Shown: piece by piece, positions 14,613 through 25,030 of the stretch
How positions within the stretch are numbered: the stretch's first letter is position 1
Layout: each line of letters begins with the position of its first letter
Assembly (NCBI GenBank): GCA_964036045.1
Contig: OZ038378.1
Coordinates: 158,162,001 to 158,226,000, forward strand
Direction of reading: 5' to 3'
Length of the DNA: 64,000 nucleotides
Source: Eutreptiella sp. 'Long Island Sound 2002'
Taxonomy: Eukaryota; Protista; Euglenida
Notes under the pieces: model-generated
The model's input: only the letters and a program-made list of their open reading frames with translations
What the model was told of the DNA's origin: nothing
The model's database searches: none
Made by a program: the position numbers and the translations under genes

Positions 14613-15344
14613 GGAAGGAGAAGGAAAGTTTGAACGAATGTGTTCGCCCCAGAAAGAAATTGGCGCTACACTCGGGCCGGGGTTTTGCTCCGAATGCAGG
14701 AGCTTCAGGTAGCAACAAACCATTTGTATAGCGCCCCGTCTTGCTAATCCGCGCTGAAAGCACCTCGCAACAAACGACATTTGTATAGCGCCTCGTCTTG
14801 CGAAATCTGGCGCTCGGTAGTAGTTCATGCTGCAATGTACCAAGTAGGCAGCAGCAACATGGTACAAACATGGTAAAAACAAAAATATACATCACATGTG
14901 GGCAATGTGGGGGGGGGGTGTTTATGATATTTCCCAACATCTAGTAGCATGCAAAAGACATGGGTTCCCGAATTTACACCGAATTTACAAAAATTTACAG
15001 AAATTTACGCCACTTTTTGCGCAATTTACAAAAATTTACGTAATTTACAGCGTAAATTGGATTTGGCCCCCGGCCCTACCCCCACTTTTAATCGGCTTGA
15101 TCCTGCCCCTATTTCCTCACTACCCGAACTGCACGAGTTGCGTGATTCCATTCCGCGTGGTGCTGGTTCCCCGGAGGCTTCCCCTGTCAGCTCATCACTA
15201 TCCATGGGTACCATACCCAGGGATGACCAGAGTGCTTTGGTGTCCTCTGACTCGGATCCAGAACCTCCCCTCAACCCTACCGTGGACTCCGACCCGGATG
15301 ATGATTGTTGTGTGACTTGTTGTGACCACAGCGGGCTCCAGCAC

Positions 15345-15810
15345 ATGCCTTCCATCTCCAATCCATTCGCCACCTCATTCCCATGCACGTTGACATGTGC
15401 TGGGACGTGTTCCCACCAGACTTCTCTTCCTTGCTTTGCCATTTCCTGGAGCAGCATTTCCCACACGGGCACGTGGACCTGCAGCTTGCCGGATGTGGTT
15501 GTCCATCCCTTTGACCTCCAATGCTGTGCCCTGCCGGTCGCTTCTAGTTGCGGGTACTGTGAGTCGGTGAGGATTGCCAATTTTGGCACCCAGAACCCCT
15601 GTAGGGCTTCGAGCGCTGCCCAAAGCTCCGCTCCGTTGTTTGTTTCCCGGTGGCGTGTCGGTACATAGCCGCAGAAACGCACTTTAGGCCCTTGCTCATG
15701 CTGCGAAACTTCAGGCCCCTGCGAATACGCCAAAGCCACCTACCCTGCACATGTCCTTGTGGCTCAGTCTTTTTGATGACCCGTCTGTGTATACAATCCT
15801 GTACCCTTTC
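15345..15810 (-). pseudogene. RNase H domain of LINE ORF2 (frameshifted)
   Basis: YTDGS...GGFGVF, ETNNGAELWAALEAL, ILTDSQY, WEHVPAHVNVHGNEVA motifs across ORFs 15711-16136 and 15026-15739. Confidence 0.85.
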
Positions 15811-16092
15811 GCTACCAGTTCTGCATTCAGGTCTTGTACTCCTTGAAGCACTCCCGGGCCTGCCTGCCTCGGGCGCTTTGGACGTGAATTTGTTTCCCTG
15901 TGCCAATTGTGTGTGCCGGCGTTGCGTTCCCGCGTGAAGCACTCCGTGTGCGTTTGCCACCACACACTCAATCCCCCATTTACGTGCACTTCCCCTTGTC
16001 GTGGCTGCACTCCTGTATCACGAAGGTGCTCCAGCGACTGCTTGAAGCCTCTCCACTGTTCCCTGCGATCTCCTGAATAAAACCCAATCCAT

Positions 16093-17839
16093 TCACACGG
16101 CTCCCTGAGCCAGGTTGTCAGGTATGATGTGAACACTTCTTGCCGACCACACTGCCCAGCCTTGATCCGTGTTCCGCAACCACTCCTGTTGGTCGGATTC
16201 CCTCATATCTCGGACTGGAGACTTCCCGTCCCCAGTTTCTACCGGGCCATAGTAGTGCTGTATCACCGCCGCCGCCGCTTTGAACATGGGGCACTCGACC
16301 ATAGCGTGCTTGACCGACTCCTTTTGCGAGCATATCGGGCACTTGTCCGTGCCCGACCTCTTGTAGACTCCTGCATGCACCATCAGTTTGTGCCACAGCA
16401 CTCGTTGTGCAAAGTCCAGCACCCTTGGCGGTAGCTGTGCTTGTGCCCATTGCTCCCATACCTCCGGTGTTTGTGGGTCGCGGACCCCCGGCTGTGAGGC
16501 GTAGAATTGAAGCAGCCATGCCCTGGTCCAGTTTTGGACGTGGACTGTGGGGGTATCAAACCCCCCTTGAGAAGGGACTTTGTTTAGGAGCCGTCCGCCG
16601 TGATTGTATACCCCCTTCCATGTACGAGGCAGAGAATTCAATAGCCTCACATCTTCCAAAGCTTGTAATTGACCCCACGTCAGTACTCCCCTGCGGATCA
16701 TTTTCATGTTGTAGTAGGAGCAGTTGAACTCATTCCGGAAGTAGACAGAGTGCCACAGTGGCAATTGGTCCCGGTTTTTTGAAGGGGCCACCTGCGGGGC
16801 CACCCGTTGGATATATGAGTGTGCCTTTGCCAACCATCCCAAGAACGTCAGTCCCGCCGTCCGAACCATGCCCAGTTGGATATATGGGAGGTTGTCTTTA
16901 GATGGTGTAAACCCCATTGTTGTCGCCCATGCATAGAATGTCTCCACTGCCTTGTTGGGATACTTGTGAGGCTCTCCCAAGAGGCTGACGAACGGAGCCG
17001 CTGCCTGGTGCATGAGAAACCGCTCGGGCTCTGGCAGTGCCAGTCCCCCCTGCGTCCGTGGCCGCGAGAGGATTGGCAGAGTGATTCCCCAACTGTTGGT
17101 GCCCATGGTCACGTGGTAGACTAGCTTCGGTTGTCTGATCACCGGGGTTGGGGCATAGTATGCCTTGGATATCCAGGCCACAACTGGCAGGATCCATGAT
17201 GTCAGCATGAAGGCGCGCTCGTCCATCCGCAATTGCAGCGTGGATACCACCCTTGCGCGCCGAAAGGACTCTTGCAATGCTGGTGCAAAGGCCTGTTCTG
17301 TTGTCAACCCCCATCCCTGGTCATCTTGATGGTGTCGTATATTCCCCAAGCGTACCCCAAGATACTTGACGAAGTTTTTGACGTCCACCGTGATGTCTCC
17401 AAAGCACCTCGCCCACTCCGTTCCCCCACAATTGCGAACTATCGCTGCCATTTTGTTCAAGTTGACCTTCAGTCCAAAAAACCGTCCAAAGCAGGACACC
17501 ACTTTCCATACTTTCCCCAGCAGCTGTGGATTGGCCTGTCCGTCCAGAAAGATGATGAGGTCATCTGCATACATCATGACAATCAGTCCTGGATCTAGGT
17601 CTTGTAGTGGGAAGATCACAAAGGACGCCACTAGGGAGAACAGCGCCGGGGAGAGTGGGTCTCCCTGGTGCGTACCCGCGCGCGGGTGGTGGTGGACCCC
17701 TGGGACATATCCCCACCCACTGAGTACAGATATGGTGGACGCAAAAGATGCGGGATCGGTCGGATGTATAGGAACGGTATGCACATTAGACCCAGTGCCG
17801 CCGCCACCATCTCGTGAGACATCGTGGAAAACACATTTT
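16093..17839 (-). pseudogene. LINE ORF2 reverse transcriptase C-terminal half plus CCHC finger
   Basis: QGDPLSPALF, MMYADDLIIF, KYLGVRLG, GGLALP, CPICSQKESVKHAMVECP; frameshift near 17715. Confidence 0.9.
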
Positions 17840-18313
17840 TGTTTGCAAAAGGCGGAGCACAAGAACACTGCACAGAAGTTGGGGACGGCAGTACAAAGTA
17901 TCACCAAGGCCGGTACCAATGCCGGCGATAGAAGCTGACCCCGCCCTCCAAGAGAGCCATGGCTGCCCGCCTGCAACGCGGACGCAGTCCCAGCACATAG
18001 CGGTCAACAGACGAGACTGACCCAACGCAAGAACCCGGGGATGGATCGGTCCCCCGCTCAGCACGTCAGACTGCCGCCACATGAGGCGGTGATCATGCTG
18101 GACCCAACCACACGCAACCATTTAACCCGTGAAGGGCGGGGTGCAGGTGCAACCCCCCCCCACCCCCCAACTAAACTAGACTTGGTTGGGGTCCGGTGGG
18201 CGGATGGCCGAACCCAGAAGAGGAGCGGCTGCCGTGGGTGGGTGGGCGGGTAAAGACAGAAAAACTGCCTAAGAAAGGAGGTGCAAACAAAAGTTGAAAC
18301 GAGGTTCAACTAG
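17840..18313 (+). mobile_element. Helitron2/Helentron-like non-autonomous element, unit 1
   Basis: Starts TGTTTGCA; subterminal inverted copy TGCAAACA followed by hairpin GTTGAA-acgagg-TTCAAC and terminal CTAG; interrupts the RT reading VDF|KN. Confidence 0.65.
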
Positions 18314-19664
18314 TGTTTGCAAAAGGCGGAGCACAAGAACACTGCACAGAACTTGGGTATTCATTCTCCGCTGCAACCCTCCCTGCCCCCCCCCCCCCCG
18401 GCCCCAGCCACGCACTGGTGCCATCAGGAACCCGCTGGCCATAGCAGAGAACCCGAGGGGTGGAAACTGAGTTCTAAACCCCCTCCGAAACACCAACCAA
18501 CGCAGAAAACTCCCCATGGGCCTTAGGGCCGCCAATGCAGTTTGCACAAGCACAGCACAAGAAAACTGCACAGAACCTTCCCCCCCCCCCCCCAGCAACC
18601 GCAGGTCCCGCCAACGTGCACAGCTGTCCCGCGTCTACCCGAGACACGGCGCCACGCTCATGGGCAGGGACCAACGGCTGAAGGGGAGTGGAAGCAGGGG
18701 CCGCGCCGGGCTCTTTGCCCACTTCAGCAGGAGTGCACCCGGCGGCCTCCACTCATGAGCCTATTAGTAATAGTCCACAGGCCTGGCAAGACTGGACCTG
18801 GGGCCATATTCAGCTTACGGGCAGGTCCTTGGGACAGGCGGTCTGCCTCCGCCTGGGCACAAAGGCCTTGGCTCACTGGGCAGCGAATAGGGCGACCTCC
18901 TCTGCAGTCCTCAGAGCCTTCACCCGTCACGACGGCCTGCACATAGTTGCCGAACGTGGAGAACAAGGCCAATCAGCTGCCAGAATTGGTGGTCTGGGGG
19001 CTAGTGCTGCTCAATCCGCTGCCGCCAGAACTGTGTCCTGGAGGCCAGTGCTGCTCAAACCGCGGCCGCCAGCACTGGTGGTCTGGAGGCCAGCGCTACT
19101 CAAACCGCTGCCGCCATAACTAGTGGTCTGGAGGTCAGTGCTGGTCAAACCGCTGCTGCCAAAATTGGTGGTCTGGAGGCCAAAGCTGTTCGAACCGCTG
19201 CCGCCAGGAATGGTGGCCTGGAGGCCATTGCTGCTCAAACCGCTGCTGCCAAAATTGGTGGCCTGGAGGCCAGTGCTGCTCAAACCGCTGCCGCCAGAAC
19301 TGGTGGTCTGGAGGCCAGTGCTGCTCAAACCGCTGCTGCCAAAATTGGCGGTCTGGAGGCCAGTGCTGCTCGTACTGCTGCCGCCAGAAATGGTGGTCTG
19401 GAGGTCGGTGCTGCTCAAACCGCTGCTGCCAAAATTGGTGCCTTGGAGGCCAGCGCTGCTCAAAACGCTGCTGCCAAAATTGGTGGTCTGGAGGTCGATG
19501 CTGCTCGAACCGCTGCCATCAGAACTGGTGGTCCGGAGGTCAGTGCCGCTCAAACCGCTGCCTGCCCTAAGGCCCATGGTGGGGAGTCATATGTCCCCCT
19601 AAAAAGACAGAAAAACTGCCTAAGAAAGGAGGTGCAAACAAAAGTTGAAACGAGGTTCAACTAG
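18314..19664 (+). mobile_element. Helitron2/Helentron-like non-autonomous element, unit 2 (head-to-tail with unit 1)
   Basis: Shares the roughly 38-bp 5' end and 62-bp 3' end with unit 1 but has a different interior; a degenerate third 5' end lies near 18540-18575. Confidence 0.65.
19020..19560. repeat. 45-bp minisatellite (about 12 units) inside unit 2
   Basis: Unit like gccagtgctgctcaaaccgctgctgccaaaattggtggtctggag; translates as 15-aa repeats in several frames. Confidence 0.9.
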
Positions 19665-20693
19665 TGAAGTCCACTAACAACGCCGCTCTTTCACGTAAGC
19701 CATCCCAGAGAGCCCGCGAACCATAGACATGCTGGAGGATACTTCTGTGACGAAGGAAGCCCGTTTGCTGAGCCGGGATGCAGTGGAGAAGCACATCCTC
19801 CAACTGGATCAGGAGAATGTTGGTGAGCCACTTCTGTCGTGTCGTTTGCAGTGCAATTGGTCGGAGAGAGTCTGGTGTTTGCATTGCCTTTGTCTTGGGG
19901 ATCATTGTCACCACTCCCGATGTCCATGTCTCCAGCATTGCACCCGCGTCGAGAAAACATTTCAGTGATTCATACATTTGCGGTTCGAAAATTTCTGAGA
20001 ATCTCTTGAAGAACTTTGCCGAGAAGCCGTTCAGTCCAGGGGAACTGTTGCTGGTCAACCTCTTGAGACCCTCATGTACTATGTCCAGGGAGAGCTGCTT
20101 GAATAGGAGTCGACCTGCTTTGCGCAGCCGCTGTTCCACTCCTAACGCCTTAAGGTAGGCCACACATTCTTCCTCCGTGGCTCCCGCTGGGGTGGACACT
20201 CGGTCCCAGTGTTCAACTAGCTCTTGGGCCACCGTCTTTGCACCGCGTACTGCAGTGCCGGCCCGAGACACCAGCTGCCAGAGTTTCTTTCGTTCCTGCA
20301 GCTCCCTCATCAGCCGGTACAATTCAGTTCTGCGCGTTGTCAAATCCCCTGATGTTTCCCTGACGCGATCACCCCCTTGAGTTTGGAGAGTATTTCCATG
20401 CCCGTTCTGTCACGCTGTGCTTTTTCATACACCCCAACCAAGAGGGTGTAGGCTGTTGCCGCCTCTGTTGTTGCGATTCCCAGTGATGAAAGGAACTCAC
20501 TAACCGCCGGTGTGACGGAGTCCCTCGTGGAGACACGTAGGAGCCTTAGAGCTTGTAGTTCAACCGACTGCTTTTTGTTTTTGTGTTCCCTTTGATAATT
20601 GACCGCCTTTGTTTGGATGCAGCCCAGTGCATCTTCCCACCACTGGTCCCCAGTCGAGGTGATAGACTCGAGGGAGGTCTCCAGCTCTTCCAT
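19665..20693 (-). pseudogene. LINE ORF2 linker and RT N-terminal half
   Basis: SSPGLNGFSAKFFKRF, SGVVTMIPK, LRPIALQ, QQTGFLRHRSI, ALLVDF; frameshift near 20340. Confidence 0.9.
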
Positions 20694-20699
20694 TGCCTC

Positions 20700-21590
20700 G
20701 CGGTCTTGGAGGATTGTCTCTGGGCAGTGGAATCTGGGGATCGTGCCCTCTGTTTCGAAGGAGGGGGCGTGAATTCAGCCAGGATCGCTTTGTGGTTTGA
20801 GTTGGCAGCAAACATGGGGTACACGCTAGTCGCCAAGCTCAACAATTCCGACGTCGTATGGATTTGGTCGATGCGGCGTAATCTCTGTGGATCGAGCCGT
20901 TCTCCTTTCCGAGGGTAGCCGTACGTGAAGCCCGTTGGACACAATGACTCTTTGTCCTTGATATCCGTCAGAGTTGGACAATGGATGTCCACCATCATGC
21001 AGACCCGCTTTCGCCAAGGTTGCGACCTCTTGCTCTCGGGCACGTAAAGACGTGTCATGCTCGAACTCTGGGGGCGCAAAGGCGTCCCTATGTTTTACTA
21101 CCAAACTATTGTGATCAGCACATAAGATCAGGTTCGGTCCGTGCAACTCCTTGGCGATGTCTTTCCATTGCGACTGTTGTCGCGTGTGTTTGTGATGGAA
21201 GTGAACCACCACTAGAGTGATCTCCAGTGGACCACTCGACAGTGAGGCTTTCAGCGCCCTGTGAGACAAGAACTGCATTGACTGTAAGGTCCATTTGGAT
21301 GTTTTCCATGCCAGTGCCACTCCTCCCCGTCCTTCTTCATGGAGTGGCCCGTCCAAGCCGTACCCGTACTTTGACAGGCACCGCGTGCCCGCCTGACGAT
21401 CCTCCGCCTTGACAAAGTGGGGCTCTTGGATGGCGAAGAAATCCACCTCCAGGGACCGAAGTAATGAACCTATGGCCACTATTCGAGTTTGCTTTCGCTT
21501 TCTCATGGTTACTTTGGTTTGAAATCCATTGACATTTTGGGATAAAACTCTGAGCGTGCTGCTCAGAGGGATGCTTGATGCGGACGTCAT
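20700..21590 (-). pseudogene. LINE ORF2 APE endonuclease domain
   Basis: LRVLSQNVNG, FAIQEPH, GGVALAW, LILCADHNS, then after a frameshift RRIDQIH and NSNHKAI. Confidence 0.9.
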
Positions 21591-22528
21591 CTTGCCACTC
21601 CATTGGACGACGAAGCCTCATCCTCCTTCAAGTCCCGTTTGTGTTTGAGGGAGCTGATGACCTTGTCGACTTGATCGTCCAATTCCATTGCCTTAGCCAT
21701 TTCACCCGCCGTGACTAGGCCTTGCTTGCGTGTCTTGCCGTCATCTGTGTTCCTCGGCCGGTCTGTGATACGCTTTTTGCGCGCCTCATAGTCCGCCTCG
21801 GAGATCACAAACATTAGAGGCATTCCAAAATCCGACAAGTAGACTTTCCAAATTAGCTGTGACACACTTTCCCCGGTCAGTCGCCATGTGGCCGTGCGCA
21901 TTTCCCCAACGCTCCACCTAACACGGTCCGCGATGTACCGGCATTGTACCGAGGGAGCAAGAGCCTCAGCCGAATCCGAGAGATACCACCAGGGTGCCAC
22001 ATCCAGGATGTACACTGTGCCCACCAGCTCCTTCTTCCACGTCGACGGAGCATTGGGCTTGGAGATGATGTCTCGGTCGAGGAACTGCCCTGTCTTGAGG
22101 TCCTTGAAAACAGCCCCAATGGCCGCCACCAGTTCACGATACCTTGTCTTCAGCGGCGAGTGCCCAGTTTCTGTGCGACCCAGCAGTAGCTTACTTGGGC
22201 CCAACACATGGATTTTCACTAGTGACTGCGATTGCAAGACGCCTGGGACCGTCCAGAACATTGCAAGAACTGAGGCATACATCATGGGCGACCATGTTTC
22301 CTTGTGTGTCTTCTTTATCCAGACCTCATAGACAGCAGACATCTTTGTCAAGTTGGCCCCACGATACCATTCCACTGGCTGAATCTGAAACCTTGGCTTG
22401 GACCCGAATTGCGAAACGACGGTATTCACTTGTTCCTCATTCAACTCCGTGAAAAACAACTTTGAGTTCCGTGGGTCTGTTCCCGGAAGGAGATGGACTT
22501 CATCAGAGTTCAAGCCCATAGACCCCAA
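21587..22528 (-). CDS. LINE ORF1-like protein (313 aa open; frame extends upstream past a single TAG)
   Basis: Long ORF immediately 5' of ORF2 with an overlapping ATGA stop/start at 21587-21590; no domain recognised. Confidence 0.65.
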   Translation of the reverse strand: MGSMGLNSDEVHLLPGTDPRNSKLFFTELNEEQVNTVVSQFGSKPRFQIQPVEWYRGANLTKMSAVYEVWIKKTHKETWSPMMYASVLAMFWTVPGVLQSQSLVKIHVLGPSKLLLGRTETGHSPLKTRYRELVAAIGAVFKDLKTGQFLDRDIISKPNAPSTWKKELVGTVYILDVAPWWYLSDSAEALAPSVQCRYIADRVRWSVGEMRTATWRLTGESVSQLIWKVYLSDFGMPLMFVISEADYEARKKRITDRPRNTDDGKTRKQGLVTAGEMAKAMELDDQVDKVISSLKHKRDLKEDEASSSNGVAR

Positions 22529-22749
22529 CAGAGCATTGATCAGGTCATTGTGGACCTGGATGGCGTACTAATTGTCCCGCACATCTGGCTCATGGAACAC
22601 CACTTTGTCAACCTCTGCCCCAGGTGTCATAAGTCGCAGGAGCTTGTAGGCTGGAGGCGGCGACAAGTTCCTGGAGTCCTTTTGCTGCTCGCAATCCAGA
22701 CATCAAATCGACCATGTGTGCGTATGTGCATGCTCGAGGTTACTAGACT

Positions 22750-23135
22750 TGGCACATCAGTTGTGACACCCTTGTGGTTGTCCGTATGCAAGAAGTCACC
22801 GATGACGGTCGCTACAAGTAGGCTGATATTCCAAAAATTCGGCCTCAAGAGAACGTTGCCGATATGTCTACCATGCGAATGTGTGATTAGCGTTGTGCAA
22901 TCAGATTCAGCGGCGTATGCGACAAGCAGGTCTTGCAGGGCACCTTCCTCCAACACTTCTTATGCAATTTGTTTGGGCTGTCCCGGCCGGCCACACCTCT
23001 CATTGTTGAGATCCCCCACGGGCACGCCCAAGTTTTGAATGTTATCAAGCTACGAGTCCGGTGACGCATGGTGGTCACGCGAAAAGGACCATCTATGTTG
23101 ACAATAGCAAATGGGGGCTGGTCAAGCAAGGCCAT
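22750..23135 (-). pseudogene. Second, divergent APE endonuclease remnant upstream of ORF1
   Basis: FAIVNIDGP, VPVGDLNNE, LQDLLVAY, GRHIGNVL, HTDNHKGV in correct APE motif order, with stops and frameshifts. Confidence 0.55.
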
Positions 23136-24284
23136 ACGGACGGCTTCAGTTTTTTTCTTTCTCAGGATGAAGGAGGTGTTGGAGGATGGCCTTTACACAG
23201 GGCTAGAGTGGGGGTTGCCTTCGGGGCTTGGAGCATGAGAGGGTAAGAGAGCATCACGGCTGGATGGTGGTGATGGGGGATGGGGTCTAACATCGGGGGG
23301 ATTGGCCCTTGACATGGGGAAGAGGACAATATGATGGGACTTTGAGGGACCACTTCCTTCTTCTTGTGTTGGCACAATGACATCGTGGCAGTGGCTGAGA
23401 GTAGAAGGACATAATGGACCACAACAAATGTATCCAGCCATCTTCGTTAGATTGTGGGGCAAGCCTGGCTTATGTCACAGGGCGTGCTCATATATAAGAT
23501 ACAGGACCCACAGACCCCAAGAACCACCACCCCAAAAACAAATCTACGGCCTCGCCAGCACAGACCATTCAGGTCAGGGCCATTGTTGGCACGCGCTTGA
23601 TGCTCATCGGCACAACCCCAATGTGCTGCAAAGCGCCCGGGATGTGACCAATACGCGCATTGCGTGCCCGGTGCACATTGTTGCACGCTCAATTTACGCC
23701 GGTAAGCAACTCGTATGCGCTTGTATGCGCCCTCGAGAGCAGCACACTTGAGAGTAGCAAAACTTAGTGCTTTGCGGCCAATGCACGCCTCGTGCATACT
23801 GGTTCATGCCTATTACATGCTGTTATGCGCTCGGTACCATTTGGTATGAGTCCGGTATGTGTTTGTGAGCGCCCCGTACGAACTAATCTTTGCGCGATAA
23901 ACCTTGCTACATGCCCTGTGAGAGGGGTTGCCAGCACATGTGACTTGAAAGCACTGAGGATGTTTAGTGAGGTATCCGCTCCATGGCATGATGCGCTCAG
24001 CGATAGCATGGCACGGGGCCCTGCACGGCACTAGCTAGCACATAACATGGGATGCCCCCCACGGCCCCCTTGGTTGCCACACGCGATCATAACAACAACT
24101 AGCCATAGGCTAGGCAAGGCTGCCCCCCACAGCATACGAGGGCACCGCAGGTGTGGAACACCAAGGTGCACCCCTTGACCCCGTGCACAAGAACCCCCCC
24201 CCCCCCATAACACGAGTGTGGTGTCTTTATACGAACAATGGAACCCCGGGAAGGCCCACCACCATCCGGCCAACGAACGGCAAT

Positions 24285-25030
24285 TTCGGGGCTTTGTGGG
24301 GGGCCATGGCCTAGGCTACATGAGCTTAGCGGCCACTACATGGGTTCCCATGGGTGATCGAGTACCCCTATTGTCACCCAGTGACCACCAAAATCCATGC
24401 CAAGGGCGACAGAAGGGTTTCGGAAACATTTGAATTCTCAAAGTATTTCAACTGCCACCAAAAAACCTCAACAACAGGAACTTCTGGGCTTTAAGGGGGC
24501 CCACGGCTTGGGCTATATGGGCCTAGCAGCCAATATGTAGGTCCCCATGGGTGCTCAAGTACCAGTTGTATCAACAAATGATGACCCAAAGCCATGCTAG
24601 AGGCGACAAAAGGGTTTCCAAAAATTTCAAGTGCCACTGGACATCCTCAACAAGGGCAATTGTGGTGCTTTTGGGGGGGCCTTGGCCTAGGCTGCATGGG
24701 CCCAGCGGGCACCATGTGGGTCCCCATCGGTGCTCAAGTGCCTAGATTGGCAGCAAATGATCACCCAAACCCATCCCAGAGGCGAAGGAAGGTTTTTCAA
24801 AAATGTCACATTTTTGGAAAATTTTAAGGTCCACAAAAAAATCATCAGCAAGAGCAATTTTGGGGCTTTCGGGGGGCCCATGGCCCGGGCCACATGGGTG
24901 TGGCAGCCACTGCGTGAGACCCCTTGGGTGCTCAAATACCCGTCTTGGCACCGAATGATCACCCACACCGATCCTCGAGGCGACAAAAGCGCTTCGGAAA
25001 ATGTCCAATCTTCGAAAGTTTTCAAGTGCC
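24285..25030. repeat. Diverged tandem repeat, about 180-200 bp x 4
   Basis: Similar blocks (ggggcc..ggcc..ggg..catgg..ggtgctcaagt..gcgacaaaag) restart near 24285, 24481, 24660 and 24858. Confidence 0.75.

Larger units (their letters stand above)
15030..23140 (-). mobile_element. Near full-length, frameshifted non-LTR retrotransposon (L1/Tx1-like ORF2: APE-RT-CCHC-RNase H)
   Basis: In order on the minus strand: ORF1 (21587-22528), APE (VLSQNVNG, IQEPH, LCADHNS, RIDQI, NSNHK), RT (SPGLNGF, LRPIAL, QTGF, VDF|KN, HQGDPLSP, YADD at 17560-17571, YLG), CCHC finger, RNase H. Several frameshifts and one insertion. Confidence 0.9.

Noticed and set aside
16093-17976. 627-aa ORF as an intact RT gene
   Set aside because: Its N-terminus comes from the inserted element and an off-frame segment; ORF2 is split and frameshifted.
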